NCBI GenBank assembly: GCA_041612005.1
Contig: JBFILW010000002.1
Coordinates: 1-41,977 of the forward strand
Source of the DNA: Gemmatimonadota bacterium
GTDB taxonomy: Bacteria; Gemmatimonadota; Gemmatimonadetes; Palauibacterales; Palauibacteraceae
Reading direction: 5' to 3'
Length of the DNA: 41,977 bases
Every line of letters begins with the position of its first letter. The first letter of the stretch is position 1. This document shows positions 6,634 through 14,775 of this stretch, one piece after another. The notes under the pieces are model-generated. The model saw nothing but the letters and a program-made list of their open reading frames with translations. It ran no database searches and had not been told where the DNA came from. Position numbers and translations under genes: made by a program.

Positions 6634-7839
6634 ATGAAGCGGTATCAAGCCTTTGACCCCCCCGAGTACGCCACCTGGACGCCGACGGAGTCCGCGTTGA
6701 GCTGGTTTCGCGAGCGTATCGAGAGCGAACCGGTTCGCCTTCGTGAGGTCGAATCACTCAGTGTCGAGAAACACCTCGACCTGTACGGGGGGCTGTTGCG
6801 CTTTCGTCTGCACGACATCGCACTCCAGCGCTGGGTGAAGCAGGGTGTGATCTCCAAGGCGTGGCTCGGCACCGGAGAGGAAGCAGTGACCGTCGGCGCG
6901 GTTCACGCTCTTGATCGCGCGGGCGATCGCGGAGACGTCGTCGCGCCGATGATCCGCAACGCAGGCGCATGCCACGAGATGGGGATGCCGGTGGCCGATA
7001 TGCTGAAGGGCTATCTCGGCAGCGCCGACGCACCAACCGGTGGACGAGATCTGCACGTCGGTGACCTGCGCTATGGCGTGGTGGCACCGATCAGTATGGT
7101 CGGCGCTGTCGCTACGGTGATTAACGGTTATGCGCTGGCCTTCGTGCGGCGGGGGGAACCGCGCGTGGCGCTCACGTGGATCGGCGACGGCGCGACCAAG
7201 CATGGCGAGGTGCACGAAGCTCTGAACTTCGCTTCCGTGATGAAGCTGCCCGTGATCTTCGTGATCCAGAACAATCAGGTTGCCCTCGGAACGCGCCTGG
7301 AGCAGCACCACCGGGCAGCCGATTTCAGCGGTTGGGGCGACGCGTACGGAGCCCGCTTGCTGTCCGTGGACGGGAACAACGTCCTCGACATGTACGCCGC
7401 GACCAGGCTGGCCGCCGCGCAGTGTCGGTTGGGTGAAGGCCCGGTGTTCATCGCCGCCGATACGTTTCGCATGGGTGGCCACGCGACGCACGACCTGCGT
7501 GAGGCCCGGCGGACGTTCGCACCGGAGCTGTTCCGCAAATGGGGCCAGCGTGATCCGATCGGTCTCTACGAGGAGTACCTGGTCCGATTGGACTGGGAGC
7601 TCGGCGATGAGGTAGCGGAGAGCCGCGAACAGCGAAACCGCCTGGTCCTGGAACGCATCGAAGAGACCGTGATCGCCGAAGTCGACGCGGCGGCTGAAGA
7701 GGCTCTCCTGAGTCGGAGCGGTGGGATGCCGGAAGCGAGCACCGCACTGTTCGGATGCTACGCATCGAATGACCTTGCTCAACCCTGGTATCGAACCTCG
7801 ACAGAGGTTGGCGGGGCCGATCGAGATGAGACGGGATGA
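6634..7839 (+). CDS. Thiamine-diphosphate-dependent 2-oxoacid dehydrogenase, E1 component alpha subunit
   Basis: 401 aa. It has the TPP-binding motif WIGDGATKHGEVHEALNFASVMKLPVIFVIQNNQVA (GDG...NN), plus GTGEEAVTVGAVHAL and a RMGGHATHD-type region typical of E1-alpha (PF00676). Confidence 0.85.
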   Translation: MKRYQAFDPPEYATWTPTESALSWFRERIESEPVRLREVESLSVEKHLDLYGGLLRFRLHDIALQRWVKQGVISKAWLGTGEEAVTVGAVHALDRAGDRGDVVAPMIRNAGACHEMGMPVADMLKGYLGSADAPTGGRDLHVGDLRYGVVAPISMVGAVATVINGYALAFVRRGEPRVALTWIGDGATKHGEVHEALNFASVMKLPVIFVIQNNQVALGTRLEQHHRAADFSGWGDAYGARLLSVDGNNVLDMYAATRLAAAQCRLGEGPVFIAADTFRMGGHATHDLREARRTFAPELFRKWGQRDPIGLYEEYLVRLDWELGDEVAESREQRNRLVLERIEETVIAEVDAAAEEALLSRSGGMPEASTALFGCYASNDLAQPWYRTSTEVGGADRDETG

Positions 7840-8306
7840 GAGCAAGGCGCCGGCTGGCCGTGGATGGGGCGGCGTATGAGGCACTCGACGCCTGGAGCAG
7901 TGCCAGTGGTCTGACGCTCTGTTACTTCCGGGCGCTGGACGGAGAGTCGGCCGAAACCATCGATCGGGGCGACCGACGAGCCGCCCTCGAGGCCGATGAA
8001 GATCTGTCAGAAACGAACGAGGAGCGGCTCGCCGAGTTGCTGGGTACGGGCTCGCCGCTTACGGAGACCGAGCGTCGCATCGACACTCCGGACGGAGGCA
8101 GCTGGCTGGTCCAGAGCATGGGCCCCGTGTGGGCGGAGGGTGTCGCCGCGGGCCTGACCGGTGTGATGTTCACTGACCTGACAGGATCCGCCCCGCGCGT
8201 ACGCGTGGCCGGCGGTCCGATCGTGCCCCTGAGTACTGACGAGCTACTCGCGCTGTGGGCCGAATCGCTTCGCGAACCGGACCCGCATTCTCAAACACCC
8301 CAATAG
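7836..8306 (+). CDS. Hypothetical acidic protein (156 aa), translationally coupled to E1-alpha
   Basis: The ATG at 7836 overlaps the E1-alpha stop (ATGA). Third-position GC is high in this frame. No family is recognised. The antisense ORF 7922..8173 looks like low-complexity junk. Confidence 0.5.
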   Translation: MRARRRLAVDGAAYEALDAWSSASGLTLCYFRALDGESAETIDRGDRRAALEADEDLSETNEERLAELLGTGSPLTETERRIDTPDGGSWLVQSMGPVWAEGVAAGLTGVMFTDLTGSAPRVRVAGGPIVPLSTDELLALWAESLREPDPHSQTPQ

Positions 8307-9499
8307 TCACGGCCGGATTCGCCCAGCGAAACAGGATCGTCACGAAGCTGCCGGCGGGCCAGGGCGGCCAGCTCGGCGAGGGTCCGGCCGTCCTCCGGTA
8401 GGCTGGCGAGTCCGAACCTCGGAGTCGTTTCGTCACCGGAGCCAGCCGGCATCGACCGCATGACCCGCCGTGCCGCGATAAGGGCGGCATCCGAGCTCGT
8501 TTCCGGCAGGCCGACCGCGATCAGGCGGTCTACGTAACGACCGACCAGGTCGGAGCCTCGCAATCCCACGGTCAGGCGCTCCAGGGTCTCGGCCAAGGCC
8601 CGCGGGTCGCCCTCGCGCGCCTCGACCAGCAGCAGAGTGAACGGACGCCGGTAGCGACGGCTTCGCTTCAGCTCTCCGATCACCAATACGTCGAAGCCCT
8701 CCCGGCTCAGCGACCCGGTTACCGGGTCGCGAAAAGGTGGGTGGCCCGCCTCGGACGGTGACGCAACGGCTGCTTCCGGTACTTCGGGCACCGTCCGGCG
8801 CGACACATTCTCGATGTCCGCCGCGAGTCGCCGAACCTCGTCGCTGGCGCGTTCGAGCTTATCGCAGAGGAGAGCGATTCGGTCCGGTGAAGGAGCCCGT
8901 TGTAGATGCTGCCAGTCGGACGTGATCCGCCACAGCATGCCCTCGAGGGCGGTCGAATCGATGTCGGCAGCCGACGCGTCGGTCGGGGGTCGGTGTGGCT
9001 CGAGTACGGCGGCCCCCGCGGGCTCGCCGACGACCTCGGGCGACCCGGCTGCCGTGCTCAACCGCTCTTCGAGGGTGTCGAGGAGGGTTTGGATGCGGAG
9101 CCGTACTTCGTCGATCTCGCCGCGAGGTTCGGTGGACGTCGGCGCGCTCCACGTGGGTTCCGGAGCCAGGCTCCGTGCGGATGCCTCCAGCGGTGCGGAT
9201 GTGACCTCGAGCGCCACCTTCAGTTGCTTGGCGTCTTCATGCGCTGCGACCAGTGAGTGACACAGCGCATCGAGCGTTTCGGTGTCGGCGTGGCGGTTGT
9301 ACTCCTTCCACTGCCTGTGTGCCTGCCAGAGCAGCGAGTCCAGCGACCGGCCGTGCTGAATGAGCTGCCGCGATGCGCCCCCGACGACGGCTCGACGCTC
9401 GATGCTGTCGAGTTCGACCAGGAGCCGCCGCAGAAGCTGCGAAAGCCTGTCCGTGTCGTCCGACAGGGCCCCGGCTTGTTGGTCGGATTCGCGATCCAT
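8291..9499 (-). CDS. Degenerate GGDEF-domain protein with a helical N-terminal region
   Basis: 402 aa. The C-terminal part fits a GGDEF fold: DPVTGSLSREGFDVLVIGELKRSRRYRRPFTLLLVE...LRGSDLVGRYVDRLIAVGLPET...AARRV. VDRLI replaces GG[DE]EF, while RxxD is retained 5 residues upstream. Confidence 0.65.
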   Translation of the reverse strand: MDRESDQQAGALSDDTDRLSQLLRRLLVELDSIERRAVVGGASRQLIQHGRSLDSLLWQAHRQWKEYNRHADTETLDALCHSLVAAHEDAKQLKVALEVTSAPLEASARSLAPEPTWSAPTSTEPRGEIDEVRLRIQTLLDTLEERLSTAAGSPEVVGEPAGAAVLEPHRPPTDASAADIDSTALEGMLWRITSDWQHLQRAPSPDRIALLCDKLERASDEVRRLAADIENVSRRTVPEVPEAAVASPSEAGHPPFRDPVTGSLSREGFDVLVIGELKRSRRYRRPFTLLLVEAREGDPRALAETLERLTVGLRGSDLVGRYVDRLIAVGLPETSSDAALIAARRVMRSMPAGSGDETTPRFGLASLPEDGRTLAELAALARRQLRDDPVSLGESGRDYWGV

Positions 9500-9626
9500 G
9501 AAGGTCTCTGCTCGGCGGTAGAGGCTGCAGACGCGCGCCGTGCGCGCAACCTAGTCCGCACGGGGTGCGGTCGCCAAGGGCGACAGCCAGCCGTACCTTG
9601 GCCGGGCTTCGTGTCCCACTCTGCAC

Positions 9627-10613
9627 TTGGACCGCAGGAACCAGCGGCGCCGCGCGCGTCGCGGGAGTGACAACGCATTGCTGCGCGTTACGTTCCTAGG
9701 AACCGCGTCGGCGCGACCCACGCCCAGCCGCAACGTCTCAGCCATCGCTCTCCAGAGAGAGGGAGACCTGTTCCTCCTCGACTGTGGCGAGGGCACCCAG
9801 AGGCAGATGATGCGGTACGCGGTCGGATTCGGCCTTCGCGGCATCTTCGTCACCCACACGCATGCCGACCACTACCTCGGCATCACGGGTCTGCTGCGAA
9901 CTCTGAGCCTCCAGGGTCGCGAAGATGACCTGATTGTATGGGGTCCCGAAGGCAGCGAGTCGACGCTTCGGGATGCAATCGAGCTCGGCGGCGATCGCCT
10001 CAGCTTCAACGTCCCGATCGTCGAGCTGGCCCCCGGGGCCGCACAGGAGTTCGATGGGTACAGGATTTCCGCTTACTCGACCCGTCACACAGCCGACTCA
10101 ATCGGTCTGGTGCTGCTCGAGGACGAGAGGCTGGGCCGTTTCGACGTGGAGTTGGCCCGCGAGTTGGGCGTGCCTGAAGGCCCCATGTTCGGTCGTCTGC
10201 ACCGGGGCGAGGCGGTGGAGCTCGCGGGAGGGGCGATGGTGAGTCCCGATCAGGTCGTCGGTCCCCCGCGGGCCGGACGAAAGCTCGTCTACACGGGTGA
10301 CACACGGCCATGTCCGGCGACCGTGCAAGCCGCCGCGGAAGCCGACCTCCTGATCCATGAGGCGACGTTCGGTCAGGAGGACAAGGACAGGGCACGGACG
10401 ACAGGGCATTCGACGGCCGTCGAAGCGGCTGAAGTTGCCGAGCAAGCCGGCGTGCGGGAGTTGCTCCTCACCCACCTGAGCGCACGCTACGCAGAACAGG
10501 CCTACGTGCTCAGACGCGAGGCCCGGGCCGTGTTCAAGCGGACTCGCATCGCCGACGACGGGCTCGCGGTCGAAGTTCCTCTGCGGGATGATCCGGCCGG
10601 GTCACACGCATGA
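9627..10613 (+). CDS. rnz: Ribonuclease Z (tRNA 3' endonuclease, metallo-beta-lactamase fold)
   Basis: Motifs are LRVTFLGTASARPTPSRNVSAIAL...LLDCGEGTQRQM...FVTHTHADHYLGITGLL (HxHxDH) and a C-terminal TGHST...LLTHLSARY. The real start may be the TTG at 9678 (MLRVTFLGT), since the 17-aa Arg-rich extension from 9627 looks non-native. Confidence 0.85.
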   Translation: MDRRNQRRRARRGSDNALLRVTFLGTASARPTPSRNVSAIALQREGDLFLLDCGEGTQRQMMRYAVGFGLRGIFVTHTHADHYLGITGLLRTLSLQGREDDLIVWGPEGSESTLRDAIELGGDRLSFNVPIVELAPGAAQEFDGYRISAYSTRHTADSIGLVLLEDERLGRFDVELARELGVPEGPMFGRLHRGEAVELAGGAMVSPDQVVGPPRAGRKLVYTGDTRPCPATVQAAAEADLLIHEATFGQEDKDRARTTGHSTAVEAAEVAEQAGVRELLLTHLSARYAEQAYVLRREARAVFKRTRIADDGLAVEVPLRDDPAGSHA

Positions 10614-11917
10614 CTCGGTGTCGCGTGCCGGGTGACAAGTCGATCGCTCATCGCGCCCTCATCCTGGCCCCTCTCGCGTCTGGTCGCTCGATCCTCAGAG
10701 GCATCCCGACTGGTCGAGATGTACAGTCGACCGTGCACGCGATGCGAGCGCTCGGAGCGGACTTTCGTTCTCAGGGCGAGGGCGTGCTCGCTGTCGAGGG
10801 CGGTCTCGAGGCGACCGGGCCATCGGCACCGATCGATTGCGACAAGAGCGGAACGACGGCTCGCTTGCTGGCTGGCTTGCTGGCTGGTCTCGGCGTGCCC
10901 GGCGAGCTGGACGGCGACGAGTCGCTTCGTCGTCGCCCGATGGATCGCGTCGTGTATCCCCTCCAGGCGATGGGAGCCCCCATCCGCTACTTGGGCGAGC
11001 GCGGGACGTTGCCGATCCGCTTCGATGGACGCGCGAGCGGAGCGCTCCGACCGCTCCGCCACGTCCCGCGGATTTCGAGTGCCCAGGTGAAGTCCGCCCT
11101 TCTTCTGGCCGGCTTGACCGGAGGCACACGCGTCGACGTGATCGAGTCGCAGCAGTCTCGCGACCACAGCGAGCGCCTCCTGTCCTGGATGGGGGCGCCC
11201 GTCGAAGTCGATACAAAGGAGGACCGCGTGCGCGTGTCCCTGGACCCGGAGGGTTGGCACCGACCACTGAGGCCGCTCGACCTGGACGTTCCCGGCGACC
11301 TCTCGTCTGCCGCCTTCCTGATCGTGGCCGCGCTTCTGACCGGGCGAGACCTCGTAGTGGAGGGGGTCGGGCTGAATCCGACCCGCACTGGCCTGCTCGA
11401 CATCCTGCGCTCCATGGGCGCTGGAGTGCACACCGAACTGGAGGGATCAGCCGCTTCCGAGCCGTGGGGCAGCGTGCGCGTGGAGGCAGCGGATCTTCGC
11501 CCTTTCCGGATTGCCCCGGCGATGGTCCCGCGTCTGCTCGACGAGATACCAGCTCTCGCGGTTTTGGCCGCTCGGATTCCCGGCACATCCATGATCGAGG
11601 GCGCAGCGGAGCTCCGCCACAAGGAGAGCGACCGTCTGGGCCTCACGGCGCGAAACTTGGACAGGCTCGGGGTCGACTGCGATGAGACACCGGATGGCCT
11701 TCGCATCCGCGGCTCCGCCACACCGCTCTCCGGGCTGGTCGAGACGGGTGGGGACCACCGCCTGGCGATGGCGTTCGGTGTCCTGGCGCGCCTCCCCGGC
11801 ATGGAGATCGCCGTGCAGGAGCCGGAGGCTGTCGAAGTCTCGTTTCCCGGGTTCTGGGACGAGCTCGACGCCCTCGTGCCTCGGTCCGAGGCGATCGGTC
11901 GGCGTCCAACGAGGTGA
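10610..11917 (+). CDS. aroA: 3-phosphoshikimate 1-carboxyvinyltransferase (EPSP synthase)
   Basis: Motifs include VPGDKSIAHRALILAPLA, DCDKSGTTARLLAGLLAG, LRHKESDRL and GDHRLAMAF. The ATG overlaps the rnz stop (ATGA). The N-terminus before PGDKS is unusually short, at 6 aa. Confidence 0.9.
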   Translation: MTRCRVPGDKSIAHRALILAPLASGRSILRGIPTGRDVQSTVHAMRALGADFRSQGEGVLAVEGGLEATGPSAPIDCDKSGTTARLLAGLLAGLGVPGELDGDESLRRRPMDRVVYPLQAMGAPIRYLGERGTLPIRFDGRASGALRPLRHVPRISSAQVKSALLLAGLTGGTRVDVIESQQSRDHSERLLSWMGAPVEVDTKEDRVRVSLDPEGWHRPLRPLDLDVPGDLSSAAFLIVAALLTGRDLVVEGVGLNPTRTGLLDILRSMGAGVHTELEGSAASEPWGSVRVEAADLRPFRIAPAMVPRLLDEIPALAVLAARIPGTSMIEGAAELRHKESDRLGLTARNLDRLGVDCDETPDGLRIRGSATPLSGLVETGGDHRLAMAFGVLARLPGMEIAVQEPEAVEVSFPGFWDELDALVPRSEAIGRRPTR

Positions 11918-11921
11918 GCGG

Positions 11922-12614
11922 ATGAACGAGGCGGGACGTTCCTTTACGATCGCGATCGATGGGCCGGCGGCCTCCGGAAAGAGCACGACCGCCAGACGTG
12001 TCGCCGCAGCGCTGGACGCGCTACACCTGAACTCCGGCCAACTCTATCGGGCGATCGCGTGGGCCTCGCTTCGCGAAGGCTGGATCGACGACGAAGACTT
12101 CGACTCGCGGCTCCGCGAATTGCCGATCACGCTGGCAGCCGGAGATGGAAGATTCGAGCTGAGTGTGCGCGGGCGGGATCCAGGCAGAGAGCTCGACGCG
12201 CCCGAGGTCGTGGCGCGCGTATCGGACGTCTCGGCCCGCGCGTCGGTGCGTGAGGTGGTGACAGATAAGCTGCGGGAAGCCGCTCGCGGGTCCCGCGTCG
12301 TGTCCGATGGACGCGATGTCGGCACGACTGTTTTTCCGCACGCGTCACTGAAGGTGTTTCTCACAGCCTCCGCCCGGGAGCGCGCGAGGCGCCGGCTGTT
12401 GGACTATGGCCATGAACCAGACCCAGAGACCATCGTGCGGGAGGCCGCCGTTCTCGAGGCTCGAGACCGGGCCGACTCGATGCGCGAGCTGTCGCCGCTC
12501 CGGCGCGCCGATGATGCGATCGAGATCGACACCACCCGTATTCCTCCTGACCGGGTTGTCGAGCGCATCGTAAAGCTTGCCCGCCAGCGCAGCCTGGGCA
12601 CCGGGTCGTATTGA
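11922..12614 (+). CDS. cmk: Cytidylate kinase
   Basis: Internal ATG of ORF 11682..12614, giving MNEAGRSFTIAIDGPAASGKSTTARRVA (P-loop)...LNSGQLYRA...DGRDVGTVVF-like region. The length of 230 aa and the conserved aroA-cmk-rpsA synteny both fit. Confidence 0.9.
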   Translation: MNEAGRSFTIAIDGPAASGKSTTARRVAAALDALHLNSGQLYRAIAWASLREGWIDDEDFDSRLRELPITLAAGDGRFELSVRGRDPGRELDAPEVVARVSDVSARASVREVVTDKLREAARGSRVVSDGRDVGTTVFPHASLKVFLTASARERARRRLLDYGHEPDPETIVREAAVLEARDRADSMRELSPLRRADDAIEIDTTRIPPDRVVERIVKLARQRSLGTGSY

Positions 12615-12703
12615 CGCTCCAACACCCCACTTCTACATTTCCCAGTTCTTGAGCGGACGCACAGCTGTGAACCCGAGCTGCAGTTTGCGTTGGTGAGTCC
12701 GGA

Positions 12704-12750
12704 CGGCTGGGTGGCGGAGCGCGAGCCTGATCCCAGCCGCTCGTTTTTTA
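12704..12750 (+). terminator. Possible intrinsic terminator after cmk, in the rpsA leader
   Basis: CGGCUGGG (12704-12711) pairs with CCCAGCCG (12732-12739) across a 20-nt loop, followed by CUCGUUUUUUA. The large loop and the 4-nt offset of the U-tract make it weaker than the other terminators here. Confidence 0.45.
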
Positions 12751-12807
12751 CGGATTGCCTTCACCGACTGCACGGAAGCTCCCGAAAGGGACAGGACGAC
12801 CGACCCC

Positions 12808-14760
12808 ATGGACATCGAGGAAAACCAGAAGCTGACGGAGACCGCCGAGGCTGAGGCCACGACTGTGGACGAAGTCGCGGTAATGGACGAGGCGCCCGCC
12901 GAGCAGGATGCCGAAAGCGCCACCGAGGATCCGGCCCCGTCGAAGAAGAGCAAATCGCGACCGATCGTTGTGAGGCACGACCTGCTGGAGGAGGGCGAGT
13001 ACACGCCAGAGGAGTACGAGGAGATGCTGGCGATGTACGAGGACACGTTGAGCGAGATCGCCGAGGGCGAGATCGTGAAGGCGACCGTCCTGCGGACTAC
13101 GGAGTCCGCGGTGATACTCGACGTCGGCTTCAAGTCGGAGGGGGCGGTTCCCCTCGACGAATTCCGTGACCCGGAGACACTGCAACCGGGGGATGAAGTC
13201 GATGTGTACCTGGAGAGCCTCGAAGATCAAGAAGGTGTGGTCGTGCTCTCTAAGAAGAAGGCGGACTTCCTCCGCGTGTGGGAGAAGATCAAGCATGCCT
13301 TCGACAACAATGAGGCCGTCGCCGGCTCCGTGAAGCGGAAGATCAAGGGCGGTGTGACGGTAGACCTGATGGGCGTCGACGCTTTCCTCCCCGGATCGCA
13401 GATCGGCCTACGCCGCGTTCCCAACGTGGAAGACCTGGTCGGCAAGGAATTCGAGTTCAAGATCCTCAAGCTGAACAAGCGGCGTCGCAATATCGTGGTC
13501 AGCCGCAGGGTCATCCTCGAGGAGGAGCGCGCCGCCAAACGTGACGACCTGCGGACGGAGCTCGAAGTAGGCCAGCTGCGCACGGGTGTGGTCAAGAACA
13601 TCACGGACTTCGGCGCCTTTATTGATCTGGGAGGCATGGACGGACTGCTCCACATCACGGACATGTCGTGGGGCCGCGTCGGCCATCCCTCGGAGGTCTG
13701 CAACATCGGCGACGAGCTCGAAGTGAAGATCCTCGACATCGATTGGGACCGCGAGCGGATCTCGCTCGGCCTGAAGCAGCTTCAGGCCTACCCGTGGGAG
13801 GATGTTGCCGGCAAGTACCCGGTGGGCAGCCGCGTCCATGGCCGCGTCGTGTCGATCACCAACTACGGGGCGTTCATCGAGCTGGAGAAGGGCGTGGAAG
13901 GACTCGTCCACATCTCCGAGATGAGCTGGACACGGAACGTGCGCCACCCGTCACAGCTCGTCTCGATCGGAGACGAGATCGAGTGCGTCGTGCTGAGGGT
14001 CGACGAAGAAGAAAAGAAGATCTCCCTCGGTATGAAGCAGACCGAAGAGGACCCGTGGCTGGCGCTTCCTGCCAAGTATCCACCGGGTACTCGGATCAAG
14101 GGTGTAGTTCGCAATCTCACTTCCTTCGGCGCGTTCGTGGAGGTAGAGCCCGGTATCGACGGCCTCGTGCACATCTCGGACATGAGTTGGACCCGGCGAG
14201 TGCAGCATCCGTCGGAGGTCGTTCGTAAGGGTGAGGAGTTCGAGGTGGTAGTTCTCAACATCGACCCGGAGCAGAAGCGGATATCGCTGGGCCTCAAGCA
14301 GGTCGATGAAGACCCCTGGTACCAGCTTGCTCAGGACTTCCAGCCCGGAAAAGAGTTGGCCGGAACGGTCGTACGGCTTCTGGACAAGGGAGTCGTCGTC
14401 GATCTGGGTTCCGACATCGAGGGCTTCGTCCCCGTCAGTCAGATGAGTGGCGAGGAAGATGAGGCGGTAGAGGAGCCGACCGACAAGTACTACGAGGGAG
14501 ACAAGCTCGAGCTGCAGGTCTTGGAGACGGATCCCATCAACCGGCGCATCGTGCTGACGGTCACGGGAGAGATCGAGCGAGCGGCTCGGCCCGTCGAGCC
14601 GCTCGGAGACGACGAGGCGGAAGCCGAGGCTGAGGCGGACGAGGACATTGAGGCGATCGCGGAAGTCGAGGCGCCCGCGGACGTGGAGTCGGAAGCAGAG
14701 ACAGTCGCGAGCCCTGTGTCCAAAGACCCCGAGGCGTCCGATGCGAAGGAGGGGTCGTAA
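12808..14760 (+). CDS. rpsA: 30S ribosomal protein S1
   Basis: 650 aa with six S1 OB-fold repeats (recurring G.V..it.fGAFv.l..g.dGLvHiSe.sw motifs). It carries acidic N-terminal (about 60 aa) and C-terminal (about 70 aa) extensions. Confidence 0.95.
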   Translation: MDIEENQKLTETAEAEATTVDEVAVMDEAPAEQDAESATEDPAPSKKSKSRPIVVRHDLLEEGEYTPEEYEEMLAMYEDTLSEIAEGEIVKATVLRTTESAVILDVGFKSEGAVPLDEFRDPETLQPGDEVDVYLESLEDQEGVVVLSKKKADFLRVWEKIKHAFDNNEAVAGSVKRKIKGGVTVDLMGVDAFLPGSQIGLRRVPNVEDLVGKEFEFKILKLNKRRRNIVVSRRVILEEERAAKRDDLRTELEVGQLRTGVVKNITDFGAFIDLGGMDGLLHITDMSWGRVGHPSEVCNIGDELEVKILDIDWDRERISLGLKQLQAYPWEDVAGKYPVGSRVHGRVVSITNYGAFIELEKGVEGLVHISEMSWTRNVRHPSQLVSIGDEIECVVLRVDEEEKKISLGMKQTEEDPWLALPAKYPPGTRIKGVVRNLTSFGAFVEVEPGIDGLVHISDMSWTRRVQHPSEVVRKGEEFEVVVLNIDPEQKRISLGLKQVDEDPWYQLAQDFQPGKELAGTVVRLLDKGVVVDLGSDIEGFVPVSQMSGEEDEAVEEPTDKYYEGDKLELQVLETDPINRRIVLTVTGEIERAARPVEPLGDDEAEAEAEADEDIEAIAEVEAPADVESEAETVASPVSKDPEASDAKEGS

Positions 14761-14775
14761 CCTCTGCCGAAACTG

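Noticed and set aside
5326-6648. 440-aa minus-strand ORF overlapping the PF03706 gene in another frame
   Set aside because: Its Arg/Pro/Gly-rich composition is typical of an off-frame reading of GC-rich DNA. The 5361..6635 frame gives a coherent polytopic membrane protein with the PTPGGSG motif.
6754-7884. 376-aa ORF antisense to the E1-alpha gene
   Set aside because: No motifs are present and stops are scarce only because of the high GC content. The plus strand carries a clear TPP-binding E1-alpha.
9500-9626. Small hairpins (GUCGCC-AAG-GGCGAC, CCGCA-CGGGG-UGCGG) in the divergent region between the GGDEF-like gene and rnz
   Set aside because: These are short GC stems that arise easily by chance at this base composition. 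They have no flanking signal such as a U-tract, a conserved motif or an ORF.
10502-11802. Several 270-310-aa ORFs antisense to or off-frame with aroA (10502..11431, 10695..11588, 10837..11685, 10987..11802)
   Set aside because: They are Arg/Pro/Ser-rich low-complexity translations. The aroA frame contains all the EPSP synthase signatures.
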